From positions 288,001 through 352,000 of the forward strand of contig CAVPJU010000006.1 in the NCBI GenBank assembly GCA_963705505.1: 64,000 nucleotides of DNA. Direction: 5' to 3'. This document shows positions 1 through 10,140 of this stretch, in pieces. The position numbers were made by a program, and so were the translations under genes. The DNA is from an uncultured bacterium. GTDB lineage: Bacteria; Desulfobacterota_D; UBA1144; Nemesobacterales; UBA2774. Position 1 is the first letter of the stretch, and every line of letters begins with the position of its first letter. The notes beneath the pieces are model-generated. The model did not search any database. It was given only the letters and a program-made list of their open reading frames with translations, and was not told the DNA's origin.

Positions 1-687
1 TCCCTGTGTCCCGCCTTCCGCTCTCATGCCCACATAGCATCCTACAATGGCCACTATTATCCCGAAGAAGAATGTTTTTGAAATTCCGCTTACGAAATCG
101 TCTATCGTTACCCACTCGAGTATGCTTGAAATAAAGAGCCTCGGTTTTACGTCGAGGTCAATATTAGACATGATCATTGCGCCCAGAATTCCGGTGAGGT
201 CGGATATTATAGCGAGAAACGGAAAAGAGATCACGGAAGCCACGAGCCTGGGAACGACAAGCTTTCTGAGCGGGTCCGCTCCGAGAGTCCTTATGGCATC
301 TATCTGCTCGGTTACCTTCATCGATCCTATCTCGGCGGTAATTCCCGAGCCGACCCTGCCTCCGACGAGGAGAGATGTAACGACGGGGCCGAGCTCCCTG
401 ACGAACGATAGTGAGACGACGGGGCCGACGACGCCTTTCGCCCCGAACCATGCAAAACCCCAGGCAAGCTGAACCACCATGACCATTCCTATCGCCATTG
501 CCGAGGCTATAACTATCGGGACCGATTTAAATCCGATCTCATCGAGCTGCTCGAGTACGAGCCGGACATTAAACGGGCGTGTGAAGCACGAATAAACAGA
601 CCTGTAGAGAAAAAACCAGATATCTCCCAGCTGCTCGATGAAAGAAACGCAGTATGACCCGAATCGTACGATGTAGTTATCCATCAT
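1..687 (-). CDS. mlaE: MlaE family lipid ABC transporter permease (3' end beyond window start)
   Basis: Manual translation from ATG 687: MMDNYIVRFG...VRELGPVVTSLLVGGRVGSGITAEIGSMKVTEQIDAIRTLGADPLRKLVVPR, the MlaE signature. Absent from the ORF track because it is truncated. Confidence 0.93.
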   Translation of the reverse strand, partial: MMDNYIVRFGSYCVSFIEQLGDIWFFLYRSVYSCFTRPFNVRLVLEQLDEIGFKSVPIVIASAMAIGMVMVVQLAWGFAWFGAKGVVGPVVSLSFVRELGPVVTSLLVGGRVGSGITAEIGSMKVTEQIDAIRTLGADPLRKLVVPRLVASVISFPFLAIISDLTGILGAMIMSNIDLDVKPRLFISSILEWVTIDDFVSGISKTFFFGIIVAIVGCYVGMRAEGGTQG

Positions 688-690
688 TAA

Positions 691-1233
691 TCAGAGCACT
701 CTGAACTGAGAAATAAATTCGTTAAAAACCGCAGCTCCCGTATCGAACCTGTCGGGAGACGAAGCGTATGTAAAATCATACACGCATTCGTTCTTTTTAA
801 ACACACGTATCTCTATCATCACGGGGACGCTATCGAGCATGCCGGTGTATACGGTGCTGAGCGCCTGCTGTCCGTCGATTTCAGTTTCCTGCCTCGACTG
901 CGCCTTCTTATCCTTTATGCCTACGATGAGAGATTCGGAAAGCGCTTTCAAGCTGTATTTCATTTTACGCTCATCGCAGGTCGAATTCACCGTGATTGTC
1001 GAATCGCCGGAGATGTTACTGAAAGCGAGGTCCCCGCCCTTGATCTTAATCCTTTTCCAGCCGTCGGGGAGAGCGCCTATCCGGTATGACGTATTTTCAG
1101 ATGTATAGACCTGCCCGCTTAGCTTACCCTTATCGCCCGACCCGGAAGAGGCATAAAAACCCACGAACTTCGCTACGGAACAGGAACCGAGAAAAATAAC
1201 CGCCGATAATATGATAACGATACCTATGTTCAT
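691..1233 (-). CDS. Hypothetical lipoprotein
   Basis: Hydrophobic N-terminus with lipobox FLGSC; stop is 3 nt upstream of the mlaE start. Start is ATG 1233 or TTG 1275. Confidence 0.75.
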   Translation of the reverse strand: MNIGIVIILSAVIFLGSCSVAKFVGFYASSGSGDKGKLSGQVYTSENTSYRIGALPDGWKRIKIKGGDLAFSNISGDSTITVNSTCDERKMKYSLKALSESLIVGIKDKKAQSRQETEIDGQQALSTVYTGMLDSVPVMIEIRVFKKNECVYDFTYASSPDRFDTGAAVFNEFISQFRVL

Positions 1234-1514
1234 TAGATGATGAATCTTGATTAAGATTTTACGTTCCTGACTCAAGCGGGCCTGTTTTTATTATGGGCCG
1301 ACGGGTTCTCAATAATACTCGAATCTTTAAAAAAACCAAACATATTAAAACCTTAAATAGTATTATCCCCTCTTTTCCCGGAAATAAATCGAGTTAGGTA
1401 ATTTTATATACAATTTGCCGCTCTGCATACTGCAATTAAACAGGGACGAGAATAAGGACGGATCGGAGAGATCACCTGCGACGGCGTTACCGATAACGGG
1501 TATTCGGCGTCAAT

Positions 1515-1543
1515 TTGACTCACCCGGGACTCTAAATTAACAT
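1515..1543 (+). promoter_or_regulatory. Sigma70-type promoter of gltX
   Basis: TTGACT-17 nt-TAACAT, 9 nt before ATG 1553, no Shine-Dalgarno. Confidence 0.55.
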
Positions 1544-1552
1544 TTAACCCCC

Positions 1553-2959
1553 ATGACGGTCAGAACCAGATTCGCCCCTAGCCCCACAGGGTCTCTCCAC
1601 ATCGGAGGGGCGAGGACGGCCATTTTCAACTGGCTCTTTTCAAGGCACCACGGCGGCGAATTCATACTGCGTATCGAAGATACGGACCGCTCCCGCTCTA
1701 CGGAAGAATCCATTGAAGAAATTACGGACGCCATGAAATGGCTCGGGCTCGACTGGGACGAGGGACCGTTCAGACAATCGGACAGGCTCCATATATATAA
1801 GGACCTCGCAGACAAGCTCTTAGCCTCGGGACATGCATACAGGTGTTACGTGACCTCAGAAGAGCTCGAAGAGAAGAGAAGAGAGGCTCAGGGGAGAGGT
1901 GAGGTCTTTCATTATAAACGCGAATGGGCGGATAAAAACGCAGGCCCCGATAAACCCTATGCCATACGCCTCCTGACGCCCGACGAAGGGACTATCGAGG
2001 TGCACGATCTTTTGCGCGGGAAGGTCGTATTCGATGCCGGGGAGATAGACGATTTCGTGATCCTTAAGACGGACGGCTTCCCGACATATAACTTTGCTGT
2101 CGTAGCCGATGACGCTCTGATGAGGATAACCCACGTTATAAGAGGGGACGACCATCTGATAAACACACCGCGGCAGGTCCTTATCTATAATGGGCTCTCG
2201 CTCGAAGTGCCCGAAGTAGCCCACGTCTCCATGATCCTCGGACCGGACGGCAAGAGGCTCAGCAAGAGACACGGTGCAACATCGGTCGTAGCGTACAGGG
2301 AAGAGGGTTATCTGCCGGACGCTCTCGTGAATTACCTGACGCGCCTCGGCTGGTCATACGGCGATCAGGAGATATTCACAAGGGAAGAGCTGGTCGAGAA
2401 ATTCACTCTCGATAACGTCGGCAAATCGGCCGCCATATTCAATCCCGAAAAGCTCGAGTGGTTAAACGGCTGGTTCATACGGAATAAGCCGCCCGAAGAG
2501 ATAGCAGAGCTCGTCCTCCCGATTCTTCGTGGTAAAGGTATTAATGCGGAACTAGATAAAAAACTCATCATGATTGTAAAAGAGCTGAGTCAGAGGGCAA
2601 AGACACTTCTCGATATATCGGATTCACTCGACTATTTCTACGCTGACGAGATCGAATACGACGAAAAAGCGGCGGGCAAATTCCTCACTCCGGAGATACT
2701 GGACGTACTAGAAGATTTGACCGTAAAACTCTCCCTGTCAGATTCATTTACAGCAGCAGATATACAGAAAGTGTTCGAGGGCATAATGGAGGAGAGGGGA
2801 TTAAAGCTGGGGAGCATCGCACAGCCCGTAAGGGTCGCGCTCACGGGTGGAACAGTGAGCCCGGGTATTTTCGAGGTGATGGAGATACTGGGGAGAGAAG
2901 AAGTTTTGAGCAGGCTCAAAAAGGCAGTTGAGTATATATACGCAAAAAAAACCGGATGA
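1553..2959 (+). CDS. gltX: Glutamate--tRNA ligase
   Basis: RFAPSPTGSLHIGG (HIGH-like), LRIEDTD, RLSKR (KMSKS-like); 468 aa. Confidence 0.97.
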   Translation: MTVRTRFAPSPTGSLHIGGARTAIFNWLFSRHHGGEFILRIEDTDRSRSTEESIEEITDAMKWLGLDWDEGPFRQSDRLHIYKDLADKLLASGHAYRCYVTSEELEEKRREAQGRGEVFHYKREWADKNAGPDKPYAIRLLTPDEGTIEVHDLLRGKVVFDAGEIDDFVILKTDGFPTYNFAVVADDALMRITHVIRGDDHLINTPRQVLIYNGLSLEVPEVAHVSMILGPDGKRLSKRHGATSVVAYREEGYLPDALVNYLTRLGWSYGDQEIFTREELVEKFTLDNVGKSAAIFNPEKLEWLNGWFIRNKPPEEIAELVLPILRGKGINAELDKKLIMIVKELSQRAKTLLDISDSLDYFYADEIEYDEKAAGKFLTPEILDVLEDLTVKLSLSDSFTAADIQKVFEGIMEERGLKLGSIAQPVRVALTGGTVSPGIFEVMEILGREEVLSRLKKAVEYIYAKKTG

Positions 2960-3068
2960 TTAAACTCGACTTCAGAGGGACACACGTGAACATACGCTTC
3001 TCCCTCTCAACTTATTACAGTTCAGCTCTCACCTGAAAAATATAACCCTAATTATTTACCTGTAGCTA

Positions 3069-3932
3069 TTAGTATTGAAAAAAGCCCTTGCCGGATTTTC
3101 TACCGAGCCATCCGGCCCTGACCATCTGTCTGAGTAAAGGGGCAGCGCGGTATTTCGAATCCTGGAACTCCTTATAGAATACGTCCATCACATCTATAGT
3201 CACGTCGAGTCCGATGAGGTCGATCAATGCAAGCGGGCCTATCGGCTGGTTCGTGCCGAGCTTCATCGCCTTGTCTATGTCCTCTGCAGTCCCGACCCCG
3301 TCAGAAAATGCGAATACCGCCTCGTTCAGCATCGGGATAAGGATCCTGTTCACGATAAAGCCGGGTATGTCCTTTGTCTTCACAGGCTCTTTTCCGAGAG
3401 CAGTTGCAAAATCAAATGCGAACTCCGCGGTCTCATCAGACGTAGTAAGGGTTTTGATTACCTCGACAAGCTTCATGACCGGAGCGGGGTTAAAGAAGTG
3501 CATCCCGACTACCTTATCCGGCCTCCCGGTACCTACGGCGATCTCCACAATCGGCAGAGACGAAGTGTTGGTCGCGAGAACCACATCGGGCTTAGTCGAT
3601 TCGTCGAGTTTTTTATAGATTTCCTTTTTTACCTTCATATCCTCGAATGCCGCTTCTATAACGAGGTCAACATCCTTAAAATCCTCATATTTTGTGCTGG
3701 TTTTTATTCTCGATAAAATGGACTTGCTTTCCTCTTCCTTTATAGTCTCTTTCTTCACGAGCCTGCCGAGACTCCCCTCTATCCCCTTCATTCCCCTGCC
3801 CAAAGCGGCCTCGGTAACGTCGACCAGCACCACTTCCCTGCCGCTCGAAGCTACCACCTGCGCGATCCCCGAACCCATTGTTCCGGCTCCGACGACTCCC
3901 ACTTTCTTTACATCTTCCACCTTTTTGGACAT
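3069..3932 (-). CDS. hbd: 3-hydroxybutyryl-CoA / 3-hydroxyacyl-CoA dehydrogenase
   Basis: GAGTMGSG Rossmann motif, ATNTSSL, GMHFFNPAPVMKLVE, GFIVNR, LGRKSGKGF. Start at MSKKVED with an upstream GGAG. Confidence 0.92.
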   Translation of the reverse strand: MSKKVEDVKKVGVVGAGTMGSGIAQVVASSGREVVLVDVTEAALGRGMKGIEGSLGRLVKKETIKEEESKSILSRIKTSTKYEDFKDVDLVIEAAFEDMKVKKEIYKKLDESTKPDVVLATNTSSLPIVEIAVGTGRPDKVVGMHFFNPAPVMKLVEVIKTLTTSDETAEFAFDFATALGKEPVKTKDIPGFIVNRILIPMLNEAVFAFSDGVGTAEDIDKAMKLGTNQPIGPLALIDLIGLDVTIDVMDVFYKEFQDSKYRAAPLLRQMVRAGWLGRKSGKGFFQY

Positions 3933-4084
3933 GTCGTTCTCCTTTTCTTTTCGCAATTGCGAAATTTAAGGATTTATTATACCCAACTGATAATTTAATC
4001 AAGTCTCCCGCGTGAAGAGCGCGCCGCCGCATTCGTGAGACCCGTAATTTGAAAGAGCATAATTACCGAATTACAATACCCCCG

Positions 4085-4688
4085 ATGAAGGTCATCGGGC
4101 TTACGGGAAACATAGCTTCGGGAAAAAGCTCTGTGGCGGCGATGTTCGAAGAGCTCGGAGCGAGGATAATCGACGCAGATGAGATCGCACGGCTGGTCGT
4201 CGAGCCGGGCAAACCGGCGTGGAGGGAAATTATCGAGAAGTTCGGAAAAGATATACTGAAACCCGACGATACAATAAACAGGAAAAAACTCGGAGAGATA
4301 ATCTTCAACGATGAAGACAAAAGGAAGACACTGAACGAAATCACGCATCCCAGGATAATCGGTAAAATCAGGGAGCTTGTTCATGAGTATGCGAAGGAGA
4401 AGGTCCCGGTCGTCATAATAGAAGCAGCGCTCATAGTGGAAAAGGGCGGACTCAGGGACCTGATAGAGGGTCTTATAGTAGTGACCTCCGACGAAGAGTC
4501 CCAGATAAAAAGGCTCATGGAGCGAAACGGGTATTCGAGAGAGGAGGCGGTCTCGAGGCTGAGATCACAGATGCCCGCCCCGGAAAAGCTGAAGCATGCA
4601 GACTACATAATAGATAACTCCGGGCCCCCTGGAGAATACCAGGATCGAGGTAAAGGGTGTCTGGGAAGCTATCGGCGGTTTGAGCTGA
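4085..4688 (+). CDS. coaE: Dephospho-CoA kinase, with an apparent +1 frameshift in the C5 run at 4625-4629
   Basis: MKVIGLTGNIASGKS, IDADEIAR, ITHPRI, DYIIDNSG. Removing one C restores a normal end LENTRIEVKGVWEAIGGLS* at 4688. Confidence 0.9.
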
Positions 4689-4899
4689 CACCGCATACAC
4701 AAGTCCGAAATTATCAGGAACCAAACAATTCATCTACCGTCCCCGCTCCTCAGGCACATGCCCTTGGTGCGAAGGATGAATTAATAATCCTTATAATTTC
4801 CGGGCTCTATACAAATCCCGCACCCGGCCGCGCCACTTGCCAATTGGGTATTTACGTAGTATTTTTTTGGATTCTCTAACACCTTCAAAGGAGCCAAGA

Positions 4900-6444
4900 A
4901 TGAAGGATAAGATTGCCGTACTGGAACAAAAAGAAAGAGAAGCCGAGGCGGGGGGCGGTGAGGCGAGGGTTCAGAAACAGCATGAAATCGGCAAACTCAC
5001 GGCAAGAGAGAGAATCGACCTTCTTCTCGATAAAAACACCTTTGTAGAGCTCGACAAATTCGTAGTGCACAGATGCACTGACTTCGGTATGGAGAGTAAA
5101 AAATTCCTGGGCGACGGTGTCGTCACGGGCTACGGGAAAATCGACGGGCGGCAGGCATTCGTCTACGCACAGGACTTTACTGTTTTCGGCGGCTCGCTCG
5201 GTATGGTTCACGGCAAAAAGATATGCAAGGTAATGGACCTTGCCATGCAGGTGGGCGTCCCGATTATCGGCCTCAACGACTCCGGCGGCGCGAGGATACA
5301 GGAAGGCGTTGAGAGCCTCGGGGGGTACGGAGAGATATTTTGCAGGAACGTGCTCGCCTCGGGAGTCGTACCGCAAATATCGGCAATCATGGGTCCCTGC
5401 GCCGGGGGTGCGGTATATTCCCCAGCGATAACCGATTTCACGATAATGGTCAGGAACACCAGCTATATGTTCATTACAGGGCCCGACGTAATAAAGGCGG
5501 TGACCCACGAGGAAGTGGACTCCGAAGAATTGGGCGGAGCGATGGTGCATAACTCCAGAAGCGGCGTCGCACATTTCGCCGTCGAAGACGACAAGGAATG
5601 CATACTGCTGATTAAGGAACTCCTGAGCTTCCTGCCTTCCAATAACATGGAGGACCCGCCCAGGACAGGCACCGACGACCCTTCCGACAGGAAAGCAACG
5701 GCTCTAAGAGCCATTGTGCCCGAAAACCCTAACAAGCCATACGATGTTAAAGACGTGATAAGCGCCATTGTGGATGAAGGCTACTTTTTCGAGATTCAGG
5801 AGCATTACGCTCAAAACATAGTAATCGGCCTCGCAAGAATGGCGGGGAGAGTAATCGGCATTGTCGGGAACCAGCCCAATATCCTGGCAGGCTGTCTCGA
5901 CATAGACGCCTCGGTAAAAGCTGGCAGGTTCGTGAGGTTCTGCGATTGTTTTAATATCCCCATTTTGACATTCGAAGACGTGCCGGGGTTCCTGCCGGGG
6001 ACTTCCCAGGAATGGGGCGGCATCATAAAACACGGTGCAAAGCTCCTATATGCATACAGCGAGGCGACCGTTCCGAGGGTGACTGTCATAACGAGAAAGG
6101 CTTACGGCGGAGCCTACGACGTCATGTCCTCGAAACATGTGAGGGGCGATATAGTGATGGCATACCCGACTGCGGAGATCGCCGTGATGGGCTCGGACGG
6201 AGCAGTCAATATAATCTCGCGCGCGCAGATAATGCAGGCCGAGGACCAGGAGGCGGAAAGGGCGAAGCTCATCGAGGAATATAAGGAAAGGTTCGCCAAC
6301 CCGTACAGGGCGGCAGACCTCGGTTTCGTGGACGAAGTTATAAGACCTGAGGACACGAGGGTGCGGGTAATCTCGGCGTTTGAGATGCTCGACGGGAAAA
6401 GACAGACCAATCCCCCGAAAAAGCACGGGAACATACCACTTTAA
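4900..6444 (+). CDS. pccB: Acyl-CoA (propionyl-CoA-like) carboxylase, carboxyltransferase beta subunit
   Basis: [54 protein letters not shown] before ATG 4900. Confidence 0.92.
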   Translation: MKDKIAVLEQKEREAEAGGGEARVQKQHEIGKLTARERIDLLLDKNTFVELDKFVVHRCTDFGMESKKFLGDGVVTGYGKIDGRQAFVYAQDFTVFGGSLGMVHGKKICKVMDLAMQVGVPIIGLNDSGGARIQEGVESLGGYGEIFCRNVLASGVVPQISAIMGPCAGGAVYSPAITDFTIMVRNTSYMFITGPDVIKAVTHEEVDSEELGGAMVHNSRSGVAHFAVEDDKECILLIKELLSFLPSNNMEDPPRTGTDDPSDRKATALRAIVPENPNKPYDVKDVISAIVDEGYFFEIQEHYAQNIVIGLARMAGRVIGIVGNQPNILAGCLDIDASVKAGRFVRFCDCFNIPILTFEDVPGFLPGTSQEWGGIIKHGAKLLYAYSEATVPRVTVITRKAYGGAYDVMSSKHVRGDIVMAYPTAEIAVMGSDGAVNIISRAQIMQAEDQEAERAKLIEEYKERFANPYRAADLGFVDEVIRPEDTRVRVISAFEMLDGKRQTNPPKKHGNIPL

Positions 6445-6462
6445 AAACCAAAGGATTATTAA

Positions 6463-7956
6463 ATGTTCAAGAAGATTCTCATAGCTAACAGGGGGGAAAT
6501 CGCGGTAAGGATTATCCGTGCATGCAGGGAGTTAGGGGTAAGCACCGTTGCCGTATATTCCGATGCTGACAGACGCTCCCTTCACGTGGCGCTTGCCGAC
6601 GAAGCATACCACATCGGAGGCTCGGCCCCCGGAGAGAGTTACCTGAATAAAGAGAAGATTATAGACGCCGCAAAAAGCTCGGGCTCAGAAGCAGTCCATC
6701 CCGGTTTCGGATTCCTATCCGAAAACGAGTCCTTCGCCGATATGTGCGAGAAATCGGGCATCGTCTTCATAGGGCCCACCCCTGAGGCCATACGCCTGAT
6801 GGGAGATAAGATCACGGCAAGAAAAATCGCCCACGAAGTCAAGGTGCCGCTGGTGCCGGGGTCCGACGGAGCGGTGAGCGATGTAGAAGCCTCAGTGATC
6901 GCCGACGAAATAGGATATCCCGTAATGATAAAGGCCTCCGCGGGCGGCGGCGGGAAAGGGATGAGGCTCGTGAGGAACAAGGACGATTTCGAAAGCTCTC
7001 TCCGCATGGCGAGGAGCGAAGCCCGCTCCGCATTCGGAGACGACTCGGTTTTCGTCGAAAGGTTTATAGAGCGTCCGAGACACATCGAGATACAGATCAT
7101 AGCGGACTCGGAAGGCAATACGCTCCATTTATTCGAGCGCGAATGCTCTATTCAGAGAAGACACCAGAAAGTGATTGAAGAAGCGCCTTCCTCCGCAATA
7201 AGTTCAAGGACAAGAAAGAAAATGGGGGAAGAGGCGGTGCGGATTGCAAAGGCCGTTAAATACAGGGGAGCCGGTACGATAGAGTTCATAATGGACCAGA
7301 AGCAGAATTTTTATTTCCTCGAGATGAATACCAGGGTGCAGGTGGAGCATCCCGTGACGGAGATGATAACCGGATTCGATATAGTTAAATGGATGATCAG
7401 GATAGCCGCCGGAGAAATGCTCCCGCTCAAGCAGAAAAACATCGTCATGAAAGGACATGCGCTCGAGTGCAGGGTATATGCCGAGAACCCCGAGACAAAT
7501 TTCCTCCCGTCCCCGGGTGTAATCGAATACCTGAGGACTCCGAGCGGCCCGGGCATAAGAGACGACTCATCTATATATAACGGCTGCGAAATAACTCCCT
7601 TTTATGACCCTATGCTCTCGAAGCTCATTGTTTGGGCCGACACGAGGGAGGCCGCGATCAAGAAAATGGAATCATCCCTCAGGGAATATATAGTGCTCGG
7701 CGTGAAAACAAACATCGGATTCCTGATCCGCGTAATGAACAATGACGAATTCCGGAAAGGAAAGATCGATACGGGGTTCATAGAAAGGCATCCCGAGCTT
7801 TTAAAGCCATCGGCAGTGGAAATAGAACCGGCCCTGATAGCAGCCGCACTCGCGATGAACAGTTCAGAATACGCCGCTCAGGCAGCACAGAAACCGGCGT
7901 CGAACTGGAAACTCTTCGGTAGAAGATTAGGCGTATCCAGGAGCCCCCTTGCATGA
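6463..7956 (+). CDS. accC: Biotin carboxylase subunit
   Basis: KILIANRGEIA, GGGGKGMR, RECSIQRRHQK, FLEMNTRVQVEHPVTE. Confidence 0.93.
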   Translation: MFKKILIANRGEIAVRIIRACRELGVSTVAVYSDADRRSLHVALADEAYHIGGSAPGESYLNKEKIIDAAKSSGSEAVHPGFGFLSENESFADMCEKSGIVFIGPTPEAIRLMGDKITARKIAHEVKVPLVPGSDGAVSDVEASVIADEIGYPVMIKASAGGGGKGMRLVRNKDDFESSLRMARSEARSAFGDDSVFVERFIERPRHIEIQIIADSEGNTLHLFERECSIQRRHQKVIEEAPSSAISSRTRKKMGEEAVRIAKAVKYRGAGTIEFIMDQKQNFYFLEMNTRVQVEHPVTEMITGFDIVKWMIRIAAGEMLPLKQKNIVMKGHALECRVYAENPETNFLPSPGVIEYLRTPSGPGIRDDSSIYNGCEITPFYDPMLSKLIVWADTREAAIKKMESSLREYIVLGVKTNIGFLIRVMNNDEFRKGKIDTGFIERHPELLKPSAVEIEPALIAAALAMNSSEYAAQAAQKPASNWKLFGRRLGVSRSPLA

Positions 7957-8447
7957 TATACACCTTTAAAATCCGGGACCAAATCTATAAAATCACTCTG
8001 GAAGAAGACGAAAACCAGCTTCAGATAGATATCGAAGGCCGCGCGATCCCGGTAGATTTCAAAAAAGTTGAAGACAACCTGTATTCAATAATAATAAACG
8101 GAATATCCAAAAGCGTGGGTGTCCTGAAGAAAGGCAAGAAGGTACAGGTCTTTCTCGACGGCGACCTTTATGAGCTCGAGGCTGTCTCCGAAAGAGAGCA
8201 GCGCAAGACCTCCCACATCACCTCGGGAATACAGGAGATAAAGTCACCGATGCCGAGCAGGGTTGTGAAAATCCTCAAGGGCGAGGGCGATGAAGTCGCG
8301 CCCGATGAGGGAATTATCGTAGTCGAGGCCATGAAGATGGAGAGCGAGCTCAAATCCCCGATCGCGGGAAAGGTCAAGAACGTGATGGTCAAGGAAGGAG
8401 ACGCTGTCGAATCAGGGACTGTGCTTCTAGTTGTCTCCTCCGAGTAA
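7953..8447 (+). CDS. Biotin carboxyl carrier protein
   Basis: EAMKME biotinylation motif in the C-terminal domain; 4-nt overlap with the biotin carboxylase stop. Confidence 0.92.
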   Translation: MIYTFKIRDQIYKITLEEDENQLQIDIEGRAIPVDFKKVEDNLYSIIINGISKSVGVLKKGKKVQVFLDGDLYELEAVSEREQRKTSHITSGIQEIKSPMPSRVVKILKGEGDEVAPDEGIIVVEAMKMESELKSPIAGKVKNVMVKEGDAVESGTVLLVVSSE

Positions 8448-8514
8448 AACTTTTTTACTCAGTTAAACAAACTTCCCGACAACAGGACGGCATCCGGCCT
8501 TAACGGAATGTCTC

Positions 8515-9084
8515 TCATTTTTCAGGCGACGATAAAGGTCCCGAGCCGCCCGGATTGCGGGTCCAGACCGTACCGTTACTCCACTTTATCTTGGTAGCGG
8601 CATCATTCACGAGTCCCGTAATGCCGAGAGAAGGTATGTAGAGCTCGCGGCTGCTTTTTGCATATCCATTGCTCGTCTGTCCGTTTTCGTTCGTTATGCT
8701 GAACTTCCATCCGTTGTCATAGACCTGTATGGAGGTAGGGCTGTTCCCGTGATACCATCTGCCGGTTATATGAGTTTTGCCGCTCGGATACCTGGTCCAT
8801 ACCGTATTGTTGGACCACGTAATCTGGTTTCCCCCGTTCTGAATCGCACCCGTTACATTCCAGCCGGGCACCTTTATTTGCCAGGGGTCGACAAAACGTC
8901 CTACGGCCTTGTCGCCGTTCTCGTTGATCAATACTACATGCGTAAAGTCCTTTACGTTTATTTGGGTCTGCATATTATTGTGATACCAGGTTCCGCTTAT
9001 CCCGAAATCCTCCGAAGACGATATACGAGGCAATACCAATAATAATGAAAGGAAAAGCAGCGACGAGATAAGTGCGTTACGCAT
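8515..9084 (-). CDS. Secreted hypothetical protein with two tandem Trp-rich repeats
   Basis: GAGGAGG before ATG 9084, signal peptide, and two ~70-aa copies of GxWYH...NENG...WSNxTVWTR. Confidence 0.8.
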   Translation of the reverse strand: MRNALISSLLFLSLLLVLPRISSSEDFGISGTWYHNNMQTQINVKDFTHVVLINENGDKAVGRFVDPWQIKVPGWNVTGAIQNGGNQITWSNNTVWTRYPSGKTHITGRWYHGNSPTSIQVYDNGWKFSITNENGQTSNGYAKSSRELYIPSLGITGLVNDAATKIKWSNGTVWTRNPGGSGPLSSPEK

Positions 9085-9151
9085 AATATTTACCCTCCTC
9101 AAGAGTGAGCTGGAAGCTAAACAGGAATTATATAACTTGCCGGTTATTCAT

Positions 9152-10033
9152 TCAACGGGACGAAGACCCGGTCGGAATTAAATCGGGTTTATGCCTGCGC
9201 GCCACCTCATCGGCTAACAGACCGAATTCCTGAATGGTCAGTGTCTCAGCCCGTCTCCTCCTGTCTATACCGCACGAAGCGAGGACGCTTTCCGCCGCAT
9301 CCTTGGGAAGTATCGACCTGAGTGAATTTCCGAGCATCTTCCTCCTCGATGAAAATGCCGCCCGCAAGACCTTCTCGTAGAGCTCCTCATCCGATACCGG
9401 GACCCTCGGCTGAGGAAGAGGGACGAATTTCAAGACCGCGGAATCGACTTTCGGCCTCGGCCAAAAGGCCGCAGGCGGGACCCGGAATTCAATCTTTACG
9501 TCCATATATGTTTGAATCAGCACGGATATGGAGCCGTATTGCTTCCCGCCGGGCCCGGCGGATATCCTCTCGCCGACTTCGAGCTGGAGCATCAGGATAA
9601 GAGACGAGAATATATCGCGATTTTTAAGGAGCCTGACGAGAACGGGAGTCGAAATGCTGTAGGGAAGATTCGAAACGACTTTAATCTTATTCCCCCTGTA
9701 AAAATCCCTGTAATCAATTTTAAGGCAATCCCCCGGTATTAGCTCTACGTTCGGATGTCCGTCGAGTATTTCACGCAGACGGGATATTACCCTCTCGTCT
9801 TTCTCGATTGCAACGACTCTCCCCGCCCTCTCCGCAAGCGCGAGAGTAAGCGCTCCCATACCCGGCCCGATTTCGAGAACCTCGTCTTCAGGCGATAGCG
9901 ACGCGGTTTCGACGATCCTGTCTATTACCCTCCTGTCCGTTATAAAATTCTGACCGAGGCTTTTTCTGGGATAAGCTTTTTCGCCGGAGAAAAATTCTTT
10001 AGGATTAAACTCTTTTCTTTTTCCGTCCGTCAT
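9152..10033 (-). CDS. rsmA: 16S rRNA m6,2A dimethyltransferase
   Basis: KSLGQNF, LEIGPGMGALT, SNLPYSIS, PKVDSAV, RAETLT. Confidence 0.96.
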   Translation of the reverse strand: MTDGKRKEFNPKEFFSGEKAYPRKSLGQNFITDRRVIDRIVETASLSPEDEVLEIGPGMGALTLALAERAGRVVAIEKDERVISRLREILDGHPNVELIPGDCLKIDYRDFYRGNKIKVVSNLPYSISTPVLVRLLKNRDIFSSLILMLQLEVGERISAGPGGKQYGSISVLIQTYMDVKIEFRVPPAAFWPRPKVDSAVLKFVPLPQPRVPVSDEELYEKVLRAAFSSRRKMLGNSLRSILPKDAAESVLASCGIDRRRRAETLTIQEFGLLADEVARRHKPDLIPTGSSSR

Positions 10034-10140
10034 TTGTTATGGGAAAAAATCAATAATTGGAAGTATAGCTTTTAAATCCGGGAATGGTACACAAAATGGG
10101 GGCATTAACCGCAGCTTTCTGACAGCTCTATCGCCTCTCT

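Noticed and set aside
47..472. Plus-strand 141-aa ORF and the many similar antisense ORFs across the window
   Set aside because: They are shadows of well-supported genes on the opposite strand (here mlaE).
4689..4879. C-terminal extension of CoaE in the 276-aa ORF
   Set aside because: It results from the +1 frameshift; the alternative frame gives a normal CoaE end at 4688.
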